From Sulfolobus acidocaldarius DSM 639 (GTDB lineage: Archaea > Thermoproteota > Thermoprotei_A > Sulfolobales > Sulfolobaceae): a stretch of 32,000 nt of DNA. The position numbers were made by a program, and so were the translations under genes. The number at the start of each line of letters is the position of its first letter. The first letter of the stretch is position 1. Of this stretch, positions 1-9,971 are shown one piece after another. The stretch lies in NCBI RefSeq assembly GCF_000012285.1, contig NC_007181.1, positions 270,001 to 302,000 on the forward strand, read 5' to 3'. A model generated the notes under the pieces. The model made no database searches and was not told where the DNA came from. It was given only the letters and a program-made list of their open reading frames with translations.

Positions 1-1
1 A

Positions 2-802
2 AAGTACAAAGTAGTTACTGACAGGGGAAGTATTAGTGGAAGCAAGGTTGTTTTAGCTGAAGGAGTTAATGCGTTAATTTCCATGGGAATGAAAATTAGA
101 CCTGATCTAGAGCCTGAACATTCAGTTCAAGCTGTAAAGGAAGTATACAATTTGAATAAGGACGAAATAAATAAGAGGTTAGGATTTAAGAGCGATGAAG
201 AGGGTTCCAGCTGGAGAATATTTGGCACTAACCCAGTTCCTTATGCTGGATTCCTTTACACATACAAGGACGCTATTGCAATAGGTGTAGGTATTCCAAT
301 GTCTATACTAATAAAGAAGAAGATCTCTCCTTACACAGTATTGGATGAACTTAAAGAGAGACTAGGAATTAATGAACTTGTTAAAGGCGGGTCTCTTAGG
401 GAGTATTCTGCAAAAGTCATACCAGAACAGGGATTCCCTTCATATAGAGCCTGTTCTGGTAAAATATACCTCGCAGGTGACTCCATAGGTTTAATTAACG
501 CATTAACATTCAATGGCATAGGACCGGCAGTTATTTCTGGATCTATAGCAGGTAAAGCGGCTCTAGAGGGATATGAGTGTTTCAAGTACGAAGAAGAGCT
601 TATGAAAGACAAGGAGATTAAAGGAGTTGTAAAGGCTAGACCTCTGATACAAGAGTTAACTAAGGAAGAGAACTTGAACTATTATGTAAACTTCCTGGGG
701 GATGCACTTCATTCATGGGCTTATGGTTCCCTTTCCCTTAATTTAGATATGCCCAGACTTATTAAACACTTAATGTTAGGTATGGGGGTGTTAAAAGCAT
801 GA
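2..802 (+). CDS. fixC: FixC-like electron-transfer-flavoprotein:quinone oxidoreductase, C-terminal part; 5' end lies outside the window
   Basis: The reading frame stays open from base 2 (KYKVVTDRGSISGSKVVLAEGVNALISMGMKIRPDLEP) into the called ORF. It has the C-terminal FAD-binding signature IYLAGDSIGLINALTFNGIGPAVISGSIAG and is followed by a FixX-like ferredoxin with a 4-nt overlap. Confidence 0.85.
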   Translation, partial: KYKVVTDRGSISGSKVVLAEGVNALISMGMKIRPDLEPEHSVQAVKEVYNLNKDEINKRLGFKSDEEGSSWRIFGTNPVPYAGFLYTYKDAIAIGVGIPMSILIKKKISPYTVLDELKERLGINELVKGGSLREYSAKVIPEQGFPSYRACSGKIYLAGDSIGLINALTFNGIGPAVISGSIAGKAALEGYECFKYEEELMKDKEIKGVVKARPLIQELTKEENLNYYVNFLGDALHSWAYGSLSLNLDMPRLIKHLMLGMGVLKA

Positions 803-1089
803 GAATTGAGGAAAGGTTATATACTTTAAGATATAAGAGAGACGAAAAACCACACTTATCAATAATTGAGCCCAATAAGTGTCAAAAGTGTGCTGAAATT
901 AATGGAGTACCTGAACCATGTATCGTTGTTTGCCCAGCAAATGTGTACTCATGGGTAGACAACAATAGAATAGTAGTATCCTATGAGAACTGTGTTGAGT
1001 GCGGAGCCTGTAGAATAGCATGTCCATTCGATAATATTTCCTGGAAGTATCCAAGATATGGTCTCGGAGTAGCATTTAGATATGGGTAA
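799..1089 (+). CDS. fixX: FixX-like ferredoxin protein
   Basis: 96 aa with CVECGACRIACPF ferredoxin motif plus C-x2-C ... CIVVCP; overlaps the fixC stop by 4 nt. Confidence 0.85.
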   Translation: MRIEERLYTLRYKRDEKPHLSIIEPNKCQKCAEINGVPEPCIVVCPANVYSWVDNNRIVVSYENCVECGACRIACPFDNISWKYPRYGLGVAFRYG

Positions 1090-1191
1090 CAACGAGATAT
1101 AAAAGACAAGTTTAATGATGTTTTTATTTAATTTATTTTAAACGTTCTAACCCCTTTGCTTTAAAACTAATATTTTATTCCTCTACGCGTT

Positions 1192-1959
1192 TTAGAGATC
1201 GATTCTTTCGGGGTGAGTATACACATTAAAGCTATTCCCTCTGACAAAACCAACAAGTGTTGCACCTGCGTCCTCTGCAATTTCTATAGCTTTACTCGTT
1301 GGTGCTGAAATACCGCTTATAATCGGAATTCCTGCTTTTATTGCCTTACTTACAATTTCATAACCTATTCTACCACTAACCTGAAGTATACCTTCAGTGA
1401 AAGGAAGTCGCCTCTTGTGGATTAAACTTCCTATTATCTTATCAACAGCGTTATGTCTCCCTACGTCTTCATATATACTTATTAATTCTCCACTAAGTGT
1501 AAACAGAGCAGCTGCGTGTAAACCACCAGTAATATTAAATACTCCCTGATTACTCCTCAGTTTCTCAGGAAGGGAAATAATAACCTCATTACTGGTCTTT
1601 GCGTCAGATTTTAGTAATTCAATAGCATTAAGAAAGCCTCTACCACAGATTCCACAACTAGAGTTAATAACAAAATTTCTCGTCTCTACAAATTTACCAT
1701 TGGTTAGCCTTACATGTATTTCGTTATCAGATAGCATACTGATTTCTTCAACATCCCTTAAACTATTAATGTAATCCTCGTAATAGAGAAACCCTAACGT
1801 GAGCTCTAAGTCATTACCAGGAGTCCTCATTATTATGGCTAAATTTTTTTCGTTTACAAAAATTTGAAGGGGCTCCTCAACAGCCACAAAATCCTCGGAA
1901 CTGGCTCTGTAACCGTCCTTAACCTTACTGATCTTGACTTTCCTTATTTGCACTACCAA
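1192..1959 (-). CDS. fdhD: FdhD, formate dehydrogenase accessory sulfurtransferase
   Basis: NSSCGICGRG loop, VFNITGGLHAAALF and EDVGRHNAVDKIIG motifs; adjacent to a formate-dehydrogenase-like gene. Confidence 0.93.
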   Translation of the reverse strand: MVVQIRKVKISKVKDGYRASSEDFVAVEEPLQIFVNEKNLAIIMRTPGNDLELTLGFLYYEDYINSLRDVEEISMLSDNEIHVRLTNGKFVETRNFVINSSCGICGRGFLNAIELLKSDAKTSNEVIISLPEKLRSNQGVFNITGGLHAAALFTLSGELISIYEDVGRHNAVDKIIGSLIHKRRLPFTEGILQVSGRIGYEIVSKAIKAGIPIISGISAPTSKAIEIAEDAGATLVGFVRGNSFNVYTHPERIDL

Positions 1960-2290
1960 TCGCCTTTAATAATTTCAACAACAAGTATAAGCCTCTCCTA
2001 ACATCAGGGTCATTAAGCTCTCTCACAATTTCGCTTAATTTTATGTCCTTTACCTCCTCCTTACCTGCAAGTATAGAGTAAATTTCATTTACATTCCTTA
2101 TGAGCATGGAATTCTGTTCAGCTAAGAATGTTAAGTTTTCATCAAATTTCATGAGGACGCCATTCAGAAACTGCAATATACCTGTTTTATGAAGAGCATT
2201 TATCAACTTTAGGAATTGCTCTAATGCCTCTCTGCTCTCAGTCAATTCCTCAATTAATCTGTCAAAGGTTTGAATTCCTCCCTCTTCCAT
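1925..2290 (-). CDS. DUF1641 family protein associated with formate dehydrogenase (YjgD-like)
   Basis: 121 aa; C-terminal 'LNDPDVRRGLYLLLKLLKAIG' resembles DUF1641; overlaps both fdhD and the FDH-like ORF. Confidence 0.75.
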   Translation of the reverse strand: MEEGGIQTFDRLIEELTESREALEQFLKLINALHKTGILQFLNGVLMKFDENLTFLAEQNSMLIRNVNEIYSILAGKEEVKDIKLSEIVRELNDPDVRRGLYLLLKLLKAIGSANKESQDQ

Positions 2291-5190
2291 TTTTCCTCCA
2301 CCTGTATCCCTATTTGTTTTTTCCTCTCTTTTGTATGATACCTCCAGTTGTATGTAGGTAATGGATTATCTGTTTTGCTCCCTTCTTGCAGCCTTTCTAT
2401 AATAACAGGTGTATCCTTATACCCTGGAGTTCCACTGCCCTTATCTATTATTGGGGCAGTTAAGATGTTTACTCCCTTAGAAGGGTCTGAAGCGTATAAT
2501 GGTATAAATATCTCATCACCCTGAACCCTATCTGTTACTAGTGCTCTAGCCCTAATCTCTCCACCAAACTTCGATTTTACCATTATGAGATCTCCCGTAT
2601 TGATAGAGTACTTCTGAGCTAATTCTTTAGAGACCTCCACAAAAGTTTCAGGTACTCTCCCTGTGAGCCCGGCTACCCTCCTCGTCATATTACCAACATG
2701 GAAGTGCTCTAACACTCTTCCGCTATTTAGGGTTATCTTGTGAATTTCGTCTCTCATTTCAACTGGCTCAATCTCTAAAGGATACATTATAGCTTTACCA
2801 TCTGGAGTCTCAAATTTTTCAGTGTAAAGCAGAGGTGTGTCTCTTTCTTCATAAACTGGCCACAGCAGACTATTGAAGCCCTCTAATTTAGCGTAAGTCA
2901 CTCCACTAAATATGGGACATAGTTTAGCCACTTCATCCATTATATCTGAGGGATGTTTATAATTCCAGTTTGCCCCCATAGCATTAGCTATCATCTGTAT
3001 TATTTCCCAATCTGCTTTTGCTTCTCCAATAGGCTCCATTGCCTTGTAGAACCTCTGTATTCTCCTTTCAGTGTTTACAAATGTTCCGTCCTTTTCCAGA
3101 TTGGAAGCAACAGGTAGGACAACGTCAGCTAACTTAGCAGTTTCTGTCATGAACATGTCTTGCACTACGACAAAGTCAGCCTCCTCTAATGCTTTTCTGG
3201 TCAGAGGAGTACCACAGTCCACCATCACAGTGTCCTCTCCTATAATGTACAACCCGTGTATTTTACCTTCAAGAACTCCTTCAATCATCTGAGGAATTTG
3301 AAGACCGGGTTTTTCATTAAGTTTAGCCTTCCAGTTCTCTTCGAATTTTTTAATTACTCCCTCTTCAAACTTCTGATATCCTGGGAAATAGTTCGGTAAG
3401 CAGCCGAAATCACTAACACCTTGAACATTGTTATGACCCCTCATTGGGTAAGCCCCTGTGCCTGGTCTGCCATAATTACCAGTTAACAGTAAAAGATTAG
3501 ATATCATAGTTGATGTGTCAGCTCCGTTTACGTGTTGGGTAATCCCCATTCCCCAAAGAACAACTACGTTCTTAGCGTTGTGTATAAGTTCAGCTAGCTT
3601 AATTATTTGCTCCTTCGGCACGCCCGTTACAGATTCAACATAATCCAAGTTGAAACCTTCAATAGACTCCTTGAACTTCTCAAACCCATTCACACGATTC
3701 CTTATGAATTCCTTGTCCTCCCATCCGTTATCCAAAATGTATTTTGCTACGCCTGCGAGTATGATTGCGTCATTTCCTGGTTTTGATTTAATGAATAAGT
3801 CAGCCCACTCAGCTATTTCATGCCTTCTCACATCGATTACAGCAATTTTAGCTCCTCTTATCTTCTTTGCCCTCTTTACTTTACTGCCTATGACAGGGTG
3901 ACTCTCTGTGGTGTTATGACCAATCACAACAATTAGGTCGGCACTCTCAATATCCCTTATGGTTCCAGAGTCTGCTCCAAAGCCCACTGTCCTCCATAAT
4001 CCAACAGTTGCAGGAGCTTGGCAATACCTAGCAGAGTTGTCCACATTATTAGTTCCTAACACAGCTCTTGCGAATTTTTGGGCTAGATAAGCCTCTTCAT
4101 TACTCATTTTGTCTGACGCGATGACGCCTATAGCATCTGGACCGTATTTTTCTTTTATTTCTTTAAATTTCCTCGAAATAAGTGAGATAGCTTCTTCCCA
4201 CGTAGCCTCCCTGAACTTATCTCCCTCCCTTATCAAGGGTTTGGTGAGTCTATCTGGACTATTTACGAAATCCCACCCAAACTTTCCTTTAACACATGTA
4301 AGTATTCCATTTGCAGGAGACTCCGGTTTTGGTTCTATTTTTAATATTTTTCTTCCCTTAGTCCACACTTCGAACGAACATCCAACACCGCAATAAGTAC
4401 AAACTGTCTTCGTCCTTTTTATCTGAGTTTCCCTAGCCTTAGACTCCAATTCACTGAAAGTCATGAGCAGAGAAAAGTTGTCCTCTGCTTTCCCAATAGC
4501 CTCTATAGCTTTTCTCTTCAGATCCTTGTTTATCCAGGTAAAGAACCCTGCTTCACCTAGCATGCTCTTCTCCATCAATGCATTCACTGGACATACTGTT
4601 ACACAAGTCCCACAGTTAACACAGGAGGAATTTCCTATGGGATTGCCATTATCCCAGACTACTCTAGGTGGGTTTAAATTCCAATCGATCCAGATTACTT
4701 CATTTACAGCAAAATCTTGGCAAGCCTCAACACACCTACCGCATAGAATACATTGTGAAGGGTCATAAGTATAAAAAGGACCAGTATCATCTAAAGCATA
4801 TCCCTTATCCACATACTTCTGGGAGTTTATATTTAGCTTAATTACTGCTTCATGAAGCTCACAATCTCCATTATTATTTTCACAAATAGTACAGTACAAC
4901 TTGTGATATCGAAGTATTCTACTGACTGCAGTCTTCCTAGCATTTAATGCTCTAGGAGAATTAACGTTAATTGACATCCCTTCTACTGCCTTAATTGCAC
5001 ATGATCTAACAAGTTTACCGTTAACTTCCACTATACACGTATCACAACTTTGTATAGGTGTTAGACCAGTGTTGTAACATACATGAGGTACATAGAACCC
5101 TTTTTCCATAAGAGCTAAAGCTAGGCTTAATTCTGTATTCAGTTCCACCTCTTTACCATCAACTTTAACCCTTACGGAACCCATATTCAA
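2254..5190 (-). CDS. Formate-dehydrogenase-like molybdopterin oxidoreductase (bis-MGD catalytic subunit with N-terminal 2Fe-2S and ferredoxin domains)
   Basis: 978 aa; 2Fe-2S domain (HVCYNTGL..SCDTCIVEV..RSC), CILCGRCVEAC, CVNCGTCVTVCPV, CTYCGVGCSFEV, and NSARYCQAPATVGLWRTVG at the active-site position. Confidence 0.92.
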   Translation of the reverse strand: MNMGSVRVKVDGKEVELNTELSLALALMEKGFYVPHVCYNTGLTPIQSCDTCIVEVNGKLVRSCAIKAVEGMSINVNSPRALNARKTAVSRILRYHKLYCTICENNNGDCELHEAVIKLNINSQKYVDKGYALDDTGPFYTYDPSQCILCGRCVEACQDFAVNEVIWIDWNLNPPRVVWDNGNPIGNSSCVNCGTCVTVCPVNALMEKSMLGEAGFFTWINKDLKRKAIEAIGKAEDNFSLLMTFSELESKARETQIKRTKTVCTYCGVGCSFEVWTKGRKILKIEPKPESPANGILTCVKGKFGWDFVNSPDRLTKPLIREGDKFREATWEEAISLISRKFKEIKEKYGPDAIGVIASDKMSNEEAYLAQKFARAVLGTNNVDNSARYCQAPATVGLWRTVGFGADSGTIRDIESADLIVVIGHNTTESHPVIGSKVKRAKKIRGAKIAVIDVRRHEIAEWADLFIKSKPGNDAIILAGVAKYILDNGWEDKEFIRNRVNGFEKFKESIEGFNLDYVESVTGVPKEQIIKLAELIHNAKNVVVLWGMGITQHVNGADTSTMISNLLLLTGNYGRPGTGAYPMRGHNNVQGVSDFGCLPNYFPGYQKFEEGVIKKFEENWKAKLNEKPGLQIPQMIEGVLEGKIHGLYIIGEDTVMVDCGTPLTRKALEEADFVVVQDMFMTETAKLADVVLPVASNLEKDGTFVNTERRIQRFYKAMEPIGEAKADWEIIQMIANAMGANWNYKHPSDIMDEVAKLCPIFSGVTYAKLEGFNSLLWPVYEERDTPLLYTEKFETPDGKAIMYPLEIEPVEMRDEIHKITLNSGRVLEHFHVGNMTRRVAGLTGRVPETFVEVSKELAQKYSINTGDLIMVKSKFGGEIRARALVTDRVQGDEIFIPLYASDPSKGVNILTAPIIDKGSGTPGYKDTPVIIERLQEGSKTDNPLPTYNWRYHTKERKKQIGIQVEEKWKREEFKPLTD

Positions 5191-5395
5191 TAATATAAAG
5201 TTGCGAAAGTTATATTCCTATTGCTAATACTGTGGTAAAATTATTAAGAAAACCACGATAATAATTTTGTGTATTGATAATTATTTCGTTAATATGATTA
5301 AAATTCAGTCGATTTAAATTAAAATATTCTTAGGTACTTCTTAGTCATTTTCATTCTAGGAATCTTTTGCTCGTAAAGATAGTATTAAGGTGAAT

Positions 5396-6538
5396 TTAGG
5401 ATAACCAAAGTTTAGTTTCCTTCCTCTCTATATGGTCTATTATCCATGAAAGATTAACAGGATAGAACTTAGTTACATCGACTCCCACATTGATAGTTTT
5501 TAACTCTCCATTTACAAAAGGAAATTCTCTTAGCCTATTATTATGCACATGCCCATGAATATTCCAGACATTTCCTTGAGGACTAGGCTTATGGGTCAAC
5601 AGAAAGTCATATCCAGCGAAATTAAAGTACATGCTCTCTGGACCTACGCCTGGGACATCATGATTACCTTGTATGAAAACCTTGTTTCCCCTGAGCAAAC
5701 TCGTATATTCTTTCAGTTTCTTGTGGTTAATAGAGAAATCTCCCAATATGTAAACGGTGTCGTTGGGGGAAACAACTTCATTCCACCTCCTGATTATGAA
5801 GTCGTCCATTTCCTTTACTTCTATAAAAGGTCTAGAACAATACTTAATAATATTTTTATGACCAAAATGAGTATCCGCAACGAACCAAATATTCTCCCTC
5901 ATTGACATATTATCGATATTAACCTTCAGGAATTTCTCCCTATATGCCTTAAAGGTTTTTGACAGATATCTCTTGGATAGAGCTTGTTTCCTGACAAGGA
6001 GACTCTTCGTCGCAGTATCGTATTCTGCGACTATCTTACTATTTCCTAGCAAACAAATTCTTAAGGCAACTCCAGGATAGAGGAATTGCTTCAATCTTTC
6101 AAACTTATCAGTTTTTTCTATCTCCTTTAGTTCTTTTTCTGTAGTTCCAAAACTTATTGCTGCATGAAACCACAAACTTTCAGAGAATTTTTCCTTGCCT
6201 CGTTCAATCTTTATTAATGGCTTAAGCCTCTGGTATAGTTCCCTCTGAAGGGCTACTAATTCCATAGAAGGGCTAATGTTAAAAGCAAGCACTAGACCCT
6301 TAGAACCTCTCTTTATACTGATTCCATCAAACAAAAACCTTAGATCCTCATACTTTCCTGCAACATCAGATATAATCTGAGAAATTTCACTGATTTTCAC
6401 CAGAGGTTTAGGCTTAAATGAGTAAATTAGGGTTATATGAGGTATCTTATGAGTATTGTGTAAATGGAACCTGAATTTACGAAGGAATTGTTTCAACCTA
6501 TGCTTCTCCAACACTGGTCTAATCTCTATAAGATACAT
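5396..6538 (-). CDS. 2H phosphoesterase (LigT-like) fused to calcineurin-like metallophosphoesterase
   Basis: N-terminus has HITLIY and FHAAISFG (2H-like). C-terminus has VADTHFGH, ILGDFS, GNHD, LLTHKP and GHVHNN. Confidence 0.8.
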   Translation of the reverse strand: MYLIEIRPVLEKHRLKQFLRKFRFHLHNTHKIPHITLIYSFKPKPLVKISEISQIISDVAGKYEDLRFLFDGISIKRGSKGLVLAFNISPSMELVALQRELYQRLKPLIKIERGKEKFSESLWFHAAISFGTTEKELKEIEKTDKFERLKQFLYPGVALRICLLGNSKIVAEYDTATKSLLVRKQALSKRYLSKTFKAYREKFLKVNIDNMSMRENIWFVADTHFGHKNIIKYCSRPFIEVKEMDDFIIRRWNEVVSPNDTVYILGDFSINHKKLKEYTSLLRGNKVFIQGNHDVPGVGPESMYFNFAGYDFLLTHKPSPQGNVWNIHGHVHNNRLREFPFVNGELKTINVGVDVTKFYPVNLSWIIDHIERKETKLWLS

Positions 6539-6695
6539 GCGTTATTTCATTACTTCTATTGTAGAGAAGGATATATAAAGATTATGACTCCAATAGTGTT
6601 CTATATATGTAAGTAATCAAGACGATACACTAACTCCATTAAACTTGGCGTCCACGAAGAAAATTTTTAATCTAATACTCTAGTAATATTATAGT

Positions 6696-6938
6696 ATGAG
6701 AGTAGTAACAATAAAAGTAAATGATGATATTAATGAAGTAGCGGAAGAGATGATTAGATTGGGTATAGCTAGATCGAAAAACGAAGCCTTCAACATAATG
6801 ATCCGTAAAGGGTTGAACGAGGTTAAAAGAATTGTAGACAAGAGGAAAAAAGTTAATGAACTAGTTGAAAGATGGCAAAGAGAGGGCTTACCTATAGAGT
6901 TACCTAACTCAAACAAGATAATAGCTGACAGGGAATGA
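6696..6938 (+). CDS. vapB: VapB-like antitoxin
   Basis: 80 aa ribbon-helix-helix-like N-terminus (VVTIKVNDDINEVAEEMIRLGIARSKNEAFNIMIRKGL); 4-nt overlap with a PIN-domain gene. Confidence 0.85.
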   Translation: MRVVTIKVNDDINEVAEEMIRLGIARSKNEAFNIMIRKGLNEVKRIVDKRKKVNELVERWQREGLPIELPNSNKIIADRE

Positions 6939-7333
6939 GATACTACATAGATACGAGTGTACTTATAGCATACGTTAATGAAAAAGACCCTAACCATGAG
7001 CTTTCCCTTATGGTCGTTCCAAAGGAAGGAGAGAGGATAATAAGTGATATAGTTGAACTTGAGTTATATTCTGTTTTCTCTAGAACTCTAAAACTGAGTG
7101 AAGAAGAGTTGGACGCTCTAGTAAATTATACCGTATTAAAGGGAAACTGTAAAAAGGAGGAACTGGACTTCAATAAACTCTTTGAAACCGCTAAATCCTT
7201 AGCAAACATAACAAAACTAAAATCTTTAGACCTGCTTCATTTATCTGCAAGTATCTTGTTAAACTGTGAGCTTATCACACTAGATAAAGAACTGGAAAAC
7301 GCAAGGAACAAAATATCGTCCTATCTTCCCTAA
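6935..7333 (+). CDS. vapC: VapC-like PIN-domain toxin
   Basis: 132 aa; YYIDTSVLIAYV, SDIVELELYSVF, KLKSLDLLHLSAS.. acidic PIN residues; overlaps the antitoxin. Confidence 0.88.
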   Translation: MRYYIDTSVLIAYVNEKDPNHELSLMVVPKEGERIISDIVELELYSVFSRTLKLSEEELDALVNYTVLKGNCKKEELDFNKLFETAKSLANITKLKSLDLLHLSASILLNCELITLDKELENARNKISSYLP

Positions 7334-7459
7334 AGTCTCTTTAACGGAGACGAGATGACTAAAATTAATTAATTTATTGTACAAGTTGTAAGATTATTCA
7401 TCTAGCCATCTTAATTTTCATCACGAATTTTAGTTCGATTAATCTTCTTTACTTAATGT

Positions 7460-8311
7460 TTACAAGAGCAAATTTCTGTAGATTATATAAATTGCCACAA
7501 CTATCAGGACAACTCCAAATACTTTCCTAAGAGTGCTTCTTGGTGATTTTGACGCGAGTAGAGTACCTATATACCCACCGCCTACTCCGCCTGCCAAGAG
7601 AATTAGGGACAAGATATAGTCAATTTCACCATAAGATGCGTACGTCAATGCAGTTGAAAGCCCGAAGGTTCCTACAGAGATGAGTGATGTGCCAATAGCT
7701 GAAATGATACTCATAGAGGTACTAAAGAGTAATGCAGGAACTATAAGAAATCCCCCTCCTATACCTAGAAATCCAGAGGCTAGACCGACCAAAAAGCCTG
7801 TGTATATTATCCTAATGTTAATACGGTCTTTTGATTTTACCACACCAGTATCACCACTACCTTTTGTCTCATTTGATCCCTCCTTGCACTTGCTCTTAAT
7901 CATCCTTAAACCAATTAAAATCATCACTATCCCGAACATTATGAGAATAAGATTCCCTGTGGTGAGGTAACCGAAATACGCACCCAATATCGAGCCTATA
8001 ACACCTGGAATGGTAAATACGACTCCCTCGAAAACTTTAACATTCCCTTTCCTCCAGTGAATAAATGAATTAATGTATGCATTTAAACCCACTGCTAGTG
8101 CTGAGGTTCCTAAAACTAAGTGGGTTATGTTAGAATAGTTACCAAAGCTGGAAGAGTCATTACCTAAACCTACAAAGTATAATAATAGGGGAACTGCGAG
8201 TATTGACCCGCCCCCTCCTATAAGACCTAAAATAAGCCCAATAATGAAGCCAGAGACCACTACGAGGACATATTGTATGAGTGTTAATTCCACCTCAGTA
8301 TACGGAGTCAT
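7460..8311 (-). CDS. TauE/SafE family permease (sulfite exporter family)
   Basis: 283 aa polytopic protein; GLILGLIGGGGSILAVPLL and GFLVGLASGFLGIGGGFLIVPALL duplicated glycine-rich motifs; next to the sHdr genes. Confidence 0.88.
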   Translation of the reverse strand: MTPYTEVELTLIQYVLVVVSGFIIGLILGLIGGGGSILAVPLLLYFVGLGNDSSSFGNYSNITHLVLGTSALAVGLNAYINSFIHWRKGNVKVFEGVVFTIPGVIGSILGAYFGYLTTGNLILIMFGIVMILIGLRMIKSKCKEGSNETKGSGDTGVVKSKDRINIRIIYTGFLVGLASGFLGIGGGFLIVPALLFSTSMSIISAIGTSLISVGTFGLSTALTYASYGEIDYILSLILLAGGVGGGYIGTLLASKSPRSTLRKVFGVVLIVVAIYIIYRNLLL

Positions 8312-8370
8312 AATATACTTTATATCAAATAAGATAAAAAAACTTAAGTTATAAAAAAGTAATGATTCGT

Positions 8371-9282
8371 TTACATGTATCTCTTTAACACTGACATAGG
8401 GTTAGTTATATTAGCTACTAATAGGGTTTCCTCAGGGCTATGACCAAAGGCAAAAGCTAGGAGTTGTGAAAAGTAGGCTAAAGGCATTTCTAAATCTTTT
8501 CCATACTTTTCAGCAATCTTTCTCATATTTGTCTCAATGGCTACATGACCCAATGGACAATCGGTAACTAAAACCTCTGCACCATTCCTTCTAGCCTCCT
8601 TTAATATTCTAGCCTCAAGGTGCATAGCCACCTCTACGTCGGAATATACATGTGGACCTCCACAACACATAGTCTTAGCTTCAAATGGAACAACTTCAGC
8701 GCCTATAGCCTTAAGTATCTCGTCCATAAAGAATGGTCTCTCCGGGTCGTCCTTCAGTGGAGCCATACCCGTGAGTAAGTATTGCTTGGGTCTCGAATAT
8801 AGGCATCCATAATATGGAGCAACCTTCAGTCCTGTCAATGGTCTCTTGACCTTCGCCTTGACTCCCTCTATTCCTACAGTATTATATACGTATTCAACTG
8901 CGTGAATTAACATAAGTTTAAGATCATACTTGACCGTACCCATCTTCTCTAAATAATTATTAGCCTTCTCTCTGACCTTAGGATATTTTGACATGTAGTA
9001 TTGAGCCCTTGATAGGGAGTAGTGACAGCCCGGACAGGCAGAAACTACTGCGTCTGCACCCATCTCTCTAGCTAAAGAGAGATTTCTAGCAGGTAATAAT
9101 AGACCAGCCATAGTGTTTACATTCTTTACCTCCAAAGCTCCACAACAATTGTAGTCCTCAATTCTGTCTAAAGGTATTCCTAGATCTTGTGCCACTAACT
9201 TAAGTGAAACCTCATATGTCTTTCCTAAACCGTCTAATGCACAACCTGGGTAAAAGGCTATTTTACCATATGGATTACTCAT
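8371..9282 (-). CDS. hdrB2: sHdr complex HdrB-like subunit (HdrB2 by gene order)
   Basis: 303 aa with two CCG domains (YPGC...NCCGALE...CPGC and YYGC...MCCGGP...DCPLGH); 4-nt overlap with the hdrC2 ORF. Confidence 0.88.
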   Translation of the reverse strand: MSNPYGKIAFYPGCALDGLGKTYEVSLKLVAQDLGIPLDRIEDYNCCGALEVKNVNTMAGLLLPARNLSLAREMGADAVVSACPGCHYSLSRAQYYMSKYPKVREKANNYLEKMGTVKYDLKLMLIHAVEYVYNTVGIEGVKAKVKRPLTGLKVAPYYGCLYSRPKQYLLTGMAPLKDDPERPFFMDEILKAIGAEVVPFEAKTMCCGGPHVYSDVEVAMHLEARILKEARRNGAEVLVTDCPLGHVAIETNMRKIAEKYGKDLEMPLAYFSQLLAFAFGHSPEETLLVANITNPMSVLKRYM

Positions 9283-9971
9283 TCAGGAACCACCTCCTCT
9301 TTCATTGCTTCCTCTAATACCTCCTTGATTTTATCCCAATTTTTCACTCTATTGGGTTTTAGGACATCACCGACTAGTTTACCTTTCAACATTGCAGCAC
9401 CAATCGATATTAAGTCCTTTATACCTAAGGTAACCATTCCTGCTTTCGATGCAGCCATTCCCAATGTTAACTCTGATATCCTACCTCCATTTCTCATAAC
9501 TGTCTCCAGGAAGAGTTCATCAAATATAGTTCCAGGATCCTTTTTAACTAAGTTATGCTTTAAGAAGTAATTATGTATCGAGTGAACGACCTCTTCTACC
9601 ATGACTCCTTTAGGACATCTATGGGTACATTTTTGACATGAGACACATCTCCATAGCGAATCCTGTAGTTGGATCAAAGCTTGCTTGTCCCCTTTTCTCG
9701 CTAAATCAATAAACTTCCTCGGTCCAAAATCTGGGTCGTATTCTCTCATAGTACAACCGGAAGTGCATGTACCACATTGCCAACAAGCACTTATTGTCAC
9801 TCCCTCTAAGGTATTTGCAACTTCGTCCCATATACTGGGGTCATAGCCAGTCTGAGTTGTTTCTACCATAAATGCATTCCATGTTCCGTCTACCTCCACT
9901 CCGTCAACTATTACTTTCTCTTTTTGAATAACTCCCTTTACTATAGGTTTTTCAGATTCAGGAATTGGCAA
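9279..9971 (-). CDS. hdrC2: sHdr complex HdrC-like iron-sulfur subunit (HdrC2 by gene order)
   Basis: 230 aa; [14 protein letters not shown] and [14 protein letters not shown] [4Fe-4S] motifs. Confidence 0.88.
   Translation of the reverse strand: MPIPESEKPIVKGVIQKEKVIVDGVEVDGTWNAFMVETTQTGYDPSIWDEVANTLEGVTISACWQCGTCTSGCTMREYDPDFGPRKFIDLARKGDKQALIQLQDSLWRCVSCQKCTHRCPKGVMVEEVVHSIHNYFLKHNLVKKDPGTIFDELFLETVMRNGGRISELTLGMAASKAGMVTLGIKDLISIGAAMLKGKLVGDVLKPNRVKNWDKIKEVLEEAMKEEVVPE

Noticed and set aside
331-612. 93-aa minus ORF inside fixC
   Set aside because: Antisense shadow; fixC frame is clearly coding.
3071-4768. + strand ORFs opposite the formate-dehydrogenase-like gene (3071-3292, 3650-3901, 4109-4396, 4463-4768)
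   Set aside because: Antisense shadows of a strongly coding gene, with Ser/Leu/Pro-rich composition and no motifs.
5543-5905. 120-aa + ORF opposite the metallophosphoesterase domain
   Set aside because: Lies antisense to conserved catalytic motifs; no independent evidence.
6689-6997. Minus-strand ORF over vapB/vapC junction
   Set aside because: Shadow of the vapB/vapC coding region.
6696-7333. VapBC pair considered as part of a defence island
   Set aside because: It is an isolated type II pair common in Sulfolobales; the neighbours are metabolic genes and no other defence genes are visible.
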